From Gibbsiella quercinecans (GTDB taxonomy: Bacteria > Pseudomonadota > Gammaproteobacteria > Enterobacterales > Enterobacteriaceae), in contig NZ_CP014136.1 of the NCBI RefSeq assembly GCF_002291425.1, positions 4,888,925 through 4,912,924 on the forward strand: DNA of 24,000 nucleotides. Reading direction: 5' to 3'. Below are positions 8,642-17,027 of the stretch, in pieces. Positions within the stretch are counted from its first letter, which is position 1. Every line of letters begins with the position of its first letter. The position numbers and the translations under genes were made by a program. The notes beneath the pieces are model-generated. The model saw only the letters and a list, made by a program, of their open reading frames with translations, made no database searches and had not been told where the DNA came from.

Positions 8642-9939
8642 ATCAGGTGGGGAACAGCATGCAACGCAATCAATTTCCAGTCGTTATTGTGGGGGGCGGT
8701 CAGGCCGGGCTGGCCATGAGCTATTGCCTGACGCAACGCCATATCGATCACGTTATTTTGGAACGGAACCAGTTGGCGTGGGCCTGGCGCGAACAACGCT
8801 GGGATAACTTTTGCCTGGTGACGCCGAACTGGCAGTGCAAGCTGCCGGGCTTCCCGTACGACGGCGACGATCCAGACGGCTTTATGGTGAAAGATCAGAT
8901 TATTGATTACGTCCAGCGTTATGCCGACAGTTTTAATGCCCCGTTGCGTGAAGGCATTAGCGTTATGCGCGTTAGCCAGCATAGCGATGGCTACCTGTTG
9001 CACACCAGCGCCGGCAACTATTATGCCGGCCAGGTGGTGATCGCGGTGGGCAATTACCACCGGCCACGCTTCCCGGCGATCGCCGCGCGCCTGCCGGCGG
9101 GCATCGTGCAGGTGCATTCGGCCAATTATAAATCGGCGGAGCAACTGCCGGCCGGTGAGGTGCTGGTGGTCGGTTCTGCGCAATCTGGCGCGCAGATTGC
9201 TGAGGATCTACACCTGAGCGGGCGCAAGGTGCACCTGTGCGTCGGCAGCGCGCCGCGGGTATCGCGCTTTTATCGCGGGCGGGATGTGGTGGCCTGGCTG
9301 GAGGATATGGGGCACTACAAACTGACTGTTGACGATCATCCGTTGGGCGAGGACGCCCGGCGCAAAACCAACCACTACGTCACCGGCCGCGACGGCGGGC
9401 GCGATATCGATCTGCGTGCCTTTGCCTTGCAGGGAATGCAGCTCTATGGGCGGCTGCTCGATTTGCGCGACGGCAAACTGATCACCGCCGACGATCTGGC
9501 GAAAAACCTGGACGGCGCCGACGCCACGTCGCAAAAAATCAAAGACAGCATCGATGAATGGATTAGCGCGCAGGGGATCGATGCCCCGAGCGAGCCGCGC
9601 TATCAACCGCTTTGGCAGCCGGAAAACCCGCCGACGGAGATTGATCTGCAACAGGCCAACATCACCAGCATTATCTGGGCGGTGGGGTTCACCACTGATT
9701 TCAGTTGGATCGACCTGCCGGCATTTGATGAACGGGGCTACCCACTGCATCAGCGTGGCCGCTCGGTGGTGCCAGGGCTATATTTCCTGGGGTTGCCGTG
9801 GCTGTGGACCTGGGGCTCCGGGCGTTTTGAAGGCGTGGGGGAAGATGCGCAACACCTTGCCGGGCACATCGCCGAACGCAGCGGCGGCGCAACGGCGGGT
9901 AACTCGCAGGCGGTGGCGAATGATTATGCGCTGCGTTGA
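8638..9939 (+). CDS. FAD-dependent oxidoreductase, MSMEG_0569 family (Nit1C)
   Basis: 433 aa. N-terminal dinucleotide-binding motif VVIVGGGQAGLAM and a second GSAQSGAQIAEDL motif, a two-dinucleotide-site flavoprotein monooxygenase-like layout. ATGA overlap with the upstream gene. Confidence 0.8.
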   Translation: MNQVGNSMQRNQFPVVIVGGGQAGLAMSYCLTQRHIDHVILERNQLAWAWREQRWDNFCLVTPNWQCKLPGFPYDGDDPDGFMVKDQIIDYVQRYADSFNAPLREGISVMRVSQHSDGYLLHTSAGNYYAGQVVIAVGNYHRPRFPAIAARLPAGIVQVHSANYKSAEQLPAGEVLVVGSAQSGAQIAEDLHLSGRKVHLCVGSAPRVSRFYRGRDVVAWLEDMGHYKLTVDDHPLGEDARRKTNHYVTGRDGGRDIDLRAFALQGMQLYGRLLDLRDGKLITADDLAKNLDGADATSQKIKDSIDEWISAQGIDAPSEPRYQPLWQPENPPTEIDLQQANITSIIWAVGFTTDFSWIDLPAFDERGYPLHQRGRSVVPGLYFLGLPWLWTWGSGRFEGVGEDAQHLAGHIAERSGGATAGNSQAVANDYALR

Positions 9940-11632
9940 AACACCGGAGCGGCATCGCTTCCGCGCGGCCTATTGGCGCCAGCAGGCCGAGGCGCTTGAC
10001 TGGCACACTCCGTACCAACAGGTGGCGGCCTATCAGGGCCACGGCCCGCGCAGCCGCTGGTTTGTGGGCGGCACCACCAACCTTTGCCACAACGCGCTGG
10101 ATCGCCACCTGGCGGCACGCGGCGACAAAACGGCGATTTTGCACTGCGATTATGCCGGGCAGATCACGGCGTTGAGCTACCGCGAACTGCACCAGGAAGT
10201 GCAGGCTATGGCGTGGATGCTGCACCAGCAAGGGGTGGGAAAAGGGGACCGGGTGTTGATTTGCCTGCCGATGATCCCGCAGGCGGCGATCGCGATGTTG
10301 GCCTGCTGCCGCCTGGGCGCGGTGCATGTGGTGGTTTATTCCGGGCTAACCCATGAACCGTTAGCCCAGCGTATCCGGGCCAGCCAGCCAAAATCCATCG
10401 TCACTTACGCCGGGCAGCGCGAACAGCCCTGCGCCGCACACCTGACGCAGGCGTTGTGCAGCAGCGGCTATCGTTGCCCGTTGATTGACGTGAGCTCCGC
10501 TCATTTTCAGCAGAAGCGCCAGCGAGCGCTAGGCCGCACAGTGCCGTGTTGTTGGCTGCCGGCGGACGCGCCCTCGCATCTGCTGTATACCTCGGGCACC
10601 ACCGGGGAGCCCAAAGGTGTGGTGCGCGACACCGGTGGCTATGCGGTGGCGCTGTTGGCTTCAATACGCAACATCTTTCAATTGGGCGAGGACGAGATCT
10701 TTTTCACCAGTGCCGACGTGGGCTGGGTGACCGGGCACAGTTACGGCGTGTATGCACCGCTGCTGGCGGGCCTGACCACCGTGATGGTGGAAGCCAGTGC
10801 GCTGAATAAGCCCGGCGCCCGCTGGTGGCAATGGGTGCAACAGTTGGGGATCACCCGGATGCTGACGGTACCCGGCGCGATGCGTATGGCCCGGCAACAG
10901 GGAGCGCCCCGCGCCGATCTGCGCAGCCTGCGTGCAATCTATCTTGCCGGCGAACCGTTGGATGAGCCTACGCGGCAGTGGGTGGCCGCCGTCACCGGCA
11001 TCAAGGTGGAAGATCACTACTGGCAAACGGAAACCGGCTGGCCGATCCTGACCGGAGTAGGCGGCCAACTGCGCCCGGTGTCGCCGCGTGACGTTGAGGT
11101 GCTGGACGATATCACCGGCGAACCCTGCGCCGACGGCGTGCCCGGCACATTGGTGATCCGCGATACGCTGGGGCCTGGCGGCATGAGCACGCTGTGGCAG
11201 GACGACGTTGAACATGATCAACGCTACTGGCGGCGAGAGCAGGGGCGATGGCTGTATTCCACTCACGATCGTGCAGTGCGCAACGCGCAGGGGGCGATCA
11301 CCGTGTTGGGTAGAATGGATGATGTGATCAATGTCGGCGGTAAGCGGCTATCGACCGTTGAGGTTGAGCGTGCGGTGTTGGCGATCGACGGCGTCTCGGA
11401 AGCGGCGGCGGTTGGCATCGCCCATCGCCTGCTGGGGCAAATGGTGAGCTTGTATCTGGTGACGTCGTTTGATGCGGGCCGCGATATGCACCAGTTGAAA
11501 CAGCGCGTGCGGCAACGGATCGTGGCCAGCTGCGGCCGGCATGCACTGCCCCGGCATATCTATTTTGTGGTTGCGTTGCCGCGCACCTTTTCCGGCAAAG
11601 TGGTGCGCAAGCAATTGGCGAGTCGGGGATGA
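9920..11632 (+). CDS. PrpE/Acs-like AMP-forming acyl-CoA synthetase
   Basis: About 570 aa from ATG 9920 (or 9926). The ORF-track extension to 9554 is an alternate frame of the FAD gene. AMP-binding motif LLYTSGTTGEPKG, GWVTGHSYGVYAPLLAG, YWQTETGW, C-terminal SGKVVRKQL. Collinear from memory with propionyl-CoA synthetase. Overlaps the FAD gene by 14-20 nt. Confidence 0.85.
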   Translation: MIMRCVETPERHRFRAAYWRQQAEALDWHTPYQQVAAYQGHGPRSRWFVGGTTNLCHNALDRHLAARGDKTAILHCDYAGQITALSYRELHQEVQAMAWMLHQQGVGKGDRVLICLPMIPQAAIAMLACCRLGAVHVVVYSGLTHEPLAQRIRASQPKSIVTYAGQREQPCAAHLTQALCSSGYRCPLIDVSSAHFQQKRQRALGRTVPCCWLPADAPSHLLYTSGTTGEPKGVVRDTGGYAVALLASIRNIFQLGEDEIFFTSADVGWVTGHSYGVYAPLLAGLTTVMVEASALNKPGARWWQWVQQLGITRMLTVPGAMRMARQQGAPRADLRSLRAIYLAGEPLDEPTRQWVAAVTGIKVEDHYWQTETGWPILTGVGGQLRPVSPRDVEVLDDITGEPCADGVPGTLVIRDTLGPGGMSTLWQDDVEHDQRYWRREQGRWLYSTHDRAVRNAQGAITVLGRMDDVINVGGKRLSTVEVERAVLAIDGVSEAAAVGIAHRLLGQMVSLYLVTSFDAGRDMHQLKQRVRQRIVASCGRHALPRHIYFVVALPRTFSGKVVRKQLASRG

Positions 11633-11696
11633 GGGAGGGCATTGGGGTGGCGAAATGGGGCAGGGAGGCCGGCTTTTGGAGGGAGGAAAGAGAGAG

Positions 11697-12017
11697 CTAA
11701 CTTTTCTGTTGCGTTTGGTATTTTGCCGACACCTTGCGAGAGGTATGTAATATCCGCAGGATATGCACTTCGTTTATCTTTCGTTTCAGCGCATAGATAA
11801 TGATGAACGGGAACTTTGTCAGCACCCGTTTTCTTCTTTCCCCTGACTTGCCTATATCGATCCCCGCTTCCGGCGTGGCTTCCAGCAGCGAAACCGCCGA
11901 CTCGAACTTGTCATCCGCTCCATTCGCCACATCCAGTCCGGCTTCTTTATACAGGTAACGATAGATACCTTCACGGTCTGCCAGCGCTCGTTTTTCCCAA
12001 CGCACACTGACTGTCAC
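11697..12017 (-). CDS. ParE/RelE family type II toxin
   Basis: 106 aa with the typical ParE/RelE layout (W...A..D...I..Y; FPFIIIYALKRKINEVHILRILHTSR). Its GTG start overlaps the antitoxin stop (GTGA). Confidence 0.75.
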   Translation of the reverse strand: MTVSVRWEKRALADREGIYRYLYKEAGLDVANGADDKFESAVSLLEATPEAGIDIGKSGERRKRVLTKFPFIIIYALKRKINEVHILRILHTSRKVSAKYQTQQKS

Positions 12018-12298
12018 AACTCACCTCGCGCCGCCCGCGCTTTCAGTTCATTCATCCGCTGACTGGCATCCTCATTGCTGATGAGCTCGCTTTCTCCCGC
12101 ATCATAACGAGAGAACGCTTCCTGTACTTGTGCCTCAAGCCATTCATCACCGACATTACGCTGATGCTGCCGCTCTTCTTCGGCCAGCTCTTCCGCCCGC
12201 TGACGCATCAACTCTGTCAGCGTGACCTGATGACGCTCGGCGGCCCGCATCGCCAATCGTTTGATTTCCTCATCGATTCTGAAGTGGATAGTGCTCAT
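12014..12298 (-). CDS. Type II antitoxin, ribbon-helix-helix type (ParD/RelB-like partner)
   Basis: 94 aa from ATG 12298, with AGGAGG 7 nt upstream. The ORF track's 12331 start is less likely. N-terminal STIHFRIDEEIKRLAMRAAERHQVTLTELMR looks like an RHH fold. Translationally coupled to the toxin. Confidence 0.7.
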   Translation of the reverse strand: MSTIHFRIDEEIKRLAMRAAERHQVTLTELMRQRAEELAEEERQHQRNVGDEWLEAQVQEAFSRYDAGESELISNEDASQRMNELKARAARGEL

Positions 12299-12449
12299 CG
12301 CTGCCTCCTGTGGTGTCATTCGTGTTGTCATTTTATGCTACTTTCCCTGTTTTTTCCTCTTCTTCGCTTTACGCTTAATCGGACGCGTTTTTCCATGCAC
12401 TTTTTGTGAGTGCCCGATGACGTCCGCGTGTAAACCTGTGTCGCCTCCA

Positions 12450-12583
12450 GCTTCTTATGGCCCAAGATGCTGGGTTGCATCGTCATCACCGTGCAGGATC
12501 TGCGGGAGTTGTGGCACAGTCTGGAAGGATTAAGCCGGGAAGTGTTCGATGAACGCGCCGCCGACTTACTTCAAAGCCGGTAA
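12450..12583 (+). pseudogene. Gene-tail remnant (copy A): reads ...MLGCIVITVQDLRELWHSLEGLSREVFDERAADLLQSR-stop. Homologous to 18140..18325.
   Basis: Nucleotide similarity to 18140-18290 read by eye. There is no start codon or long ORF. It sits directly 3' of a minus-strand low-GC cassette. Confidence 0.45.
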
Positions 12584-12742
12584 GATAAGTTCTGAGTACA
12601 TGGCTAATATTGATTTGGCAATTTATTTTTCTAAGGTTTTTATTTGGATTTTAATATATGAACTGATTTCTTTAGTTTGACTGAGGCAATAATGTTATTG
12701 GGCGACAATTTTTGATGTTACAAGCAAACTCCAGCATTAATG

Positions 12743-13852
12743 TTATCTTTTAGATGGATCAGAATGACCCCATAGTTGTTCAGCCAAACCAGAAATACGT
12801 TCTTCCTCAACCAGTTTATCCCGCCATACTTTCGGGATTCCAGAGTATCCATACAGCGCTCCTGCAATTTGTCCAGCCGTCGCTGCGACGCTATCGGCAT
12901 CGTCAGCCAGATTTGCAGCCAATAAAATAGCATCATGAAAATTCGATGTATTCCAAACAGCCCACAACGCTGCTTCAAGCGTGTCAATCACATATCCGCT
13001 AGAGCGAATATGTTCCCGGGTTTTATTTTTGTAAATTCCTGCATTAATTAGCGCTGTTCTGGCATTCAAAGGACAAGTTTTTGTTGCCAGGGCCTCAGAT
13101 TTGTTAGCGCCATTAAGTAAATGATGCAGTATCATTCCCAGCAGACGGCAGCAGTCCATGGACTCTATCGCTCCATGAGTGGCCTTACCTTGTAATTCAG
13201 ATTGTGCCAGGGTATGTAGTAAGGAATGACGATGAAAAATAGCAGCAGGAGCAAGACGTATTATTTCCGCGTTTCCAGCTGTGCGCGCATCATTATTGCC
13301 GAACCACTCATTCCCATATTGCAGGTAAGCCTCCAGCGCGTGACGAGTTGCATTGCCGATATCAAAACAAATGCCATTCGAACTGTTTGTACCATAGTGA
13401 TACCAGTTCACTAAACGATTTCTAAAATCGGTCACGTTTAGATCATGGCAGTGTACGTAAGTTTCGGCCAGGCAAAGCGCCATAGACGTATCATCAGTCC
13501 ATTCCCCCGCTTTAAGTTGGAATGGACCACCGCCAATCATATCATCGACGTATTTTTGGTCGCGAGGTAAAAACTCAAGCGTAGTGCCAACAGCATCACC
13601 TGCCGCAAGGCCAACAAGAGAACCTTTCGCTCTGTCCAGTAATGTTTCTTCACTCAGCTGCGGCCCGACGGAATGTAGCCAGTCTGGTAAATTGGACTGA
13701 TCGCTAAGCCAACGATTATAATCCAAGTGCAGACCACCTTCTTCTTGAAAAGCCTGATGATAACCATCAGGTATTACGTATGGATAATTCTCATGAATAA
13801 AAATTTTCAAAGAGGAAACATCTGTATGTAAATCTAACAAAATAACCTCCAA
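12743..13852 (-). CDS. ADP-ribosylglycohydrolase (ARH/DraG/Tri1-like) with about 75-aa N-terminal extension
   Basis: All metal-site motifs are intact: [46 protein letters not shown]. Low GC. The start is uncertain: TTG 13852, or TTG 13840 behind GGAGG. Confidence 0.85.
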   Translation of the reverse strand: MEVILLDLHTDVSSLKIFIHENYPYVIPDGYHQAFQEEGGLHLDYNRWLSDQSNLPDWLHSVGPQLSEETLLDRAKGSLVGLAAGDAVGTTLEFLPRDQKYVDDMIGGGPFQLKAGEWTDDTSMALCLAETYVHCHDLNVTDFRNRLVNWYHYGTNSSNGICFDIGNATRHALEAYLQYGNEWFGNNDARTAGNAEIIRLAPAAIFHRHSLLHTLAQSELQGKATHGAIESMDCCRLLGMILHHLLNGANKSEALATKTCPLNARTALINAGIYKNKTREHIRSSGYVIDTLEAALWAVWNTSNFHDAILLAANLADDADSVAATAGQIAGALYGYSGIPKVWRDKLVEEERISGLAEQLWGHSDPSKR

Positions 13853-13903
13853 CTAGATAGCGTGTATGGTGCGAATTATAACCAGACATACTAATAAATT
13901 TTA

Positions 13904-14188
13904 TTAGCATGGCATACGCATTAAAGCTGATTTTAGACGTTTCAGTAATGATTCGCTTTTTAGGCAGTCTTTCGGGCTTATATTATCAAGAACAGGGATT
14001 TTTTTATCAATCCAATCAAAACTTTCCTTTGGACCTAATAGGCCATAAATAACAACAGCAATATCTAAATGTCCTTCTAATTTCTTCGCAAGATTACGTG
14101 CAGTATCATCCAAATAATCCTGCGAATAAAAATCAGAGAAATCATTCCACTTTTCATCACCTGTATAATGATTTTCTAACGGAGGCAT
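13904..14188 (-). CDS. Small immunity/antitoxin-like protein, paralog A, with Xre/MbcA/ParS (DUF2384)-like C-terminus
   Basis: 94 aa. Aligns with 16746..17027 and 17501..17782 (WND, D-A-V-I-G, W...P.L....P.DCL....LL.RL...L). It follows an Rhs tail and toxin remnant. Confidence 0.6.
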   Translation of the reverse strand: MPPLENHYTGDEKWNDFSDFYSQDYLDDTARNLAKKLEGHLDIAVVIYGLLGPKESFDWIDKKIPVLDNISPKDCLKSESLLKRLKSALMRMPC

Positions 14189-14190
14189 AC

Positions 14191-14460
14191 CTAAATTCCT
14201 AAGAATGATATTAAGCGATATAACACATCGCTTCGAGCTACATATAAAATATTATTCCAATCATGTAATACATATAATTCTTGACCATTTACTGGATCGT
14301 AGTTTACCTGCTTTACATATTGATGGTAAAAATTTTCAGGGAGTTAACCCTATTGGATCGAACCAAGTAAGCGTATTCGGCGCGTACTGATAAAGATTAA
14401 TCCTGCTCGCCATATCTGATCAAATGCTACTGCCCGTCCGTTCATTCCTATTGACTATGG
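14191..14460 (-). pseudogene. Orphan Rhs core-tail remnant plus degraded toxin stub
   Basis: The minus strand reads ...INLYQYAPNTLTWFDPIGLTP-stop (compare the main Rhs GLNLYQYAPNPLTWIDPLGL). Another frame then continues about 50 codons to a TAG at 14191. Internal deletion and stops lie upstream. Confidence 0.6.
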
Positions 14461-14554
14461 CTGACGCGCATTCTACGTTAGATAGCGCTGTTTTTAAAAT
14501 CGCTCAGCCGGATCACTATAGGCGCGTGTTGACTACCGGCCCAATAGGGGCGAC

Positions 14555-14790
14555 ACCTCCATTGTTACGTTGTTCAATGCGGGCGCGATATGCGCCAGTT
14601 TAAACAGCGTATGCGCCAACGGATTGTAGCCAACTACGGTCTGCTCGCACTGCCGGGCATATATATTTTGTGGTTGCGTTGCCGCGCACTTTTTTCGGCA
14701 AATTGTTGCGTAAGCAATTGGCGCTTAGAGGATGAGGTACGGCATTGGGATGGCGAAGTGGGGCAGAGAGCTCTGCTTTGGGTTGTTGTT
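14555..14790 (+). pseudogene. Degenerate duplicate of the acyl-CoA synthetase 3' end and downstream spacer
   Basis: Aligns by eye to 11455..11696 at roughly 80% identity, for example tattttgtggttgcgttgccgcgcac in both copies. A 1-nt deletion and substitutions break the frame. ORF 14590..14850 is an artefact of this fragment. Confidence 0.7.
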
Positions 14791-15180
14791 CTAAACTTGC
14801 CCTATCTCAAGGGATTTATTCTTTTCCCCTCCCCAAGGATCATCCATTAAATACATCGGTATTATTGGCGTTTCAGAAGGAATGAATGTTAACTTATAAA
14901 ATATTTCATCCCCTTCACAAACCTCATAATAAAGAGAATATAATTTTTCTTCAAAGCTCAAATCTATTTTGAACTTCTCTGTGACCGAAGCAATCTCAAT
15001 GTTTTCATTGTTTCTGATATAAAACGGAACAACTATACAACGCTGAGTGTCTTTATCTATTTTAAATTCATTTGCTAAAGCCAAATGAATATTAGCGCCA
15101 AAAGTATCCTCTGGTAGGGGATCAAAAATCACATAGTCCTTATGAATAACAGCCCCTTGGTTAATGTTTTTTCTCCCCAC
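14791..15180 (-). CDS. Putative immunity protein of the orphan Rhs (possibly ComJ-like nuclease-inhibitor fold)
   Basis: 129-aa low-GC ORF immediately 3' of the orphan Rhs C-terminal domain. Start is GTG at 15180, or GTG at 15132 overlapping the toxin stop as GTGA. Weak pattern resemblance to ComJ (VVPFYIRNNENIEIASV...FKIDL). Confidence 0.5.
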   Translation of the reverse strand: MGRKNINQGAVIHKDYVIFDPLPEDTFGANIHLALANEFKIDKDTQRCIVVPFYIRNNENIEIASVTEKFKIDLSFEEKLYSLYYEVCEGDEIFYKLTFIPSETPIIPMYLMDDPWGGEKNKSLEIGQV

Positions 15181-16240
15181 TGACTTAATTCCGCATCAAA
15201 TGCCCTGGAACGAACTTGAATTTGGCTGTGAGATATAAGTAAATCGACGGTGTAATTATGTTTCATTTCATTGATAGCCTTTTCTCCAGTTATTTTGTCT
15301 CTGAACAGCTTATAATGCAGTCCGATTTCCCAGTCAAGGTATGTCCTCTGCTAACGTAGATTTTGCGGGGGCTCTTGCTGCGGGCTTCGCTCCAGGCGGA
15401 AAACTGCCCTTGCCACACCAGGTTGCCGTGCTCGTCGGTCATGCGTGTCGGGAGGCGTTCAGCTCGGTATGGTACCAGTAGACTTCGCTGCTTTCGCCGA
15501 TGCTGTCGACGCGCGCCAGCGGTTCCCAACTGTTCTCTTGATAAAGGTAACGCGTAGCCTGTTCAGGGTGCAGGCTGCTTTGTTCACCTACCATCCGCAG
15601 GCCGTTCCAGTGGAACGTGATGGTTTCCGGTTCGCCGTGGTGCGGGTAGAGGATTTTTTGGCTGCGGCAGCCCAGGGCATCGTAGCAGTATTCCGCCCGT
15701 TGATAATGCGGGTTGCCGGTAAAAATCACGCTGGCCAGCCGGTGTTCCGCGTCATAGCTGAAACGTTGTTCCTCACCCTGTGGGCCGTTGTGGCGCCAGT
15801 TCAGGCGGCCAAAGCCCCAGCGTGTGCCGCCCAGGCGTTGCAGCAGGTTGTGCCAGACCGCGGCCGAATACTGTGGGTGAGCTGCCCGCGTGCATCGTAG
15901 CCGAAGCGGCTTTGCAGGCACTGCGGCCCCGGTTGGCCGATACCGTCTTCGGTGAACATCTGTTGCACCTAAGCGCATTCTAAGCCAGCCGTGTGTGTAG
16001 CTGTGCCGTGAGTTCGCCTCCGGCGGCCAACGGATATTCGATGCTCTGTGTGAGTGCTCCAACCTATCATAGCCATACTGCGTGCGGTGCCTGGCATAGT
16101 CGGTTTGCGCCAGCAGGCGATCGCCGTTGTCATAATCGAACTGCCAGCGATTGTGGTTGGGGTTGAGCAGGGCGGTCATGCGGCCGAAGCGATCGTACTG
16201 ATAGCGGGTTTGCCGGCTCGCCGGATCGGTTTCGCTCACT
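15129..16240 (-). pseudogene. Orphan rhs fragment (5'-truncated, internally deleted core) with its own short C-terminal domain
   Basis: 15297-16240 is homologous to the main rhs at 19149-20693, at about 90% or better by eye. It carries deletions of about 0.5 kb, about 60 bp, 18 bp and 9 bp plus frame breaks, and the ORF track splits it into 15439..16272 and 15290..15529. After ...HYKLFR it diverges into a 56-codon low-GC tail (DKITGEKAINEMKHNY...). Confidence 0.8.
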
Positions 16241-16294
16241 ATATAAATAGTCAAAGTATACCTAAATCTCATATTACAGACTCAATATAACAAA

Positions 16295-16657
16295 TTAACT
16301 ATTCTGGCCAAAAATACCTATAAGGTAAGATATATATCTTGCAGGTTGAATCTCTGAAAATGTAAAAAATATTAAAGTATTATGCTTATGAAGAGAGCAT
16401 TTACTTTCAAAAAAACATATTGCATCCCCTTTGTAATTATAACGTCCAGAATTCATTGCATTTTCTTTTACGCCTTTAATATGACTTGCAATCTCTTTTT
16501 TAAACAACTCATTCTCTAGATCAAATCGTTTAGAGTTGAAAACCGTAAAAACTACCTGACTGCCACAATACGGGCAATTAATAAAGTTTTTGTTATGAAT
16601 GAAATTATTTTCAAAACCATCATGCAATAATATAGGATTTTTTATTGAATTCTTCAT
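16295..16657 (-). CDS. Hypothetical small protein with CxxC motif (possible orphan immunity protein)
   Basis: 120-aa very low-GC ORF (CPYCGSQ..., ...CSLHKH) between immunity paralog B and the truncated orphan rhs. No family recognised. Confidence 0.45.
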   Translation of the reverse strand: MKNSIKNPILLHDGFENNFIHNKNFINCPYCGSQVVFTVFNSKRFDLENELFKKEIASHIKGVKENAMNSGRYNYKGDAICFFESKCSLHKHNTLIFFTFSEIQPARYISYLIGIFGQNS

Positions 16658-16745
16658 TGTGTTAAAATAAACCTCGCCTTAAAAATAAATTAATTTTTGA
16701 TTAATCGACCTATTGGTTATACAATCAAGGTTCACATGCAATGTT

Positions 16746-17027
16746 TTAGCATGGTAACTCTATTAAATATTGCCGTAATCGTTTAATTAAATCAGGGTCA
16801 TTTAGGCAATCTAAAGGGCGGATATTTTCAAGCATTTTTACTTTTCTCTCCATCCATTCAATCCCTCCTTTTAACCCTATTTTCCCATTTATAACAATAG
16901 CCATGTCGCGTGCACCGTTCATTTTTTCTGTTAAAATATCCACATCCGCATTGGAATATACCTCATCAAAGGATTTAACAAGATCATTCCAAGCGTTATC
17001 ACCAAGATAATCCAATTCTAACCCCAT
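16746..17027 (-). CDS. Small immunity/antitoxin-like protein, paralog B, with DUF2384-like C-terminus
   Basis: 93 aa ending in WMERKVKMLENIRPLDCLNDPDLIKRLRQYLIELPC. Aligns with paralogs A and C. Confidence 0.6.
   Translation of the reverse strand: MGLELDYLGDNAWNDLVKSFDEVYSNADVDILTEKMNGARDMAIVINGKIGLKGGIEWMERKVKMLENIRPLDCLNDPDLIKRLRQYLIELPC

Noticed and set aside
9554-9919. N-terminal extension of the synthetase ORF back to 9554 (692 aa in the ORF track).
   Set aside because: The extension is an alternate frame of the FAD oxidoreductase gene with an Arg-rich nonsense-like sequence. Homology to PrpE/Acs begins right after the ATG at 9920/9926.
14590-14850. 86-aa plus-strand ORF, and the nearby 14205..14390 plus-strand ORF.
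   Set aside because: The first is just the frame-shifted duplicate of the synthetase 3' end running into the antisense of the next gene. The second is the antisense of the degraded Rhs toxin stub.
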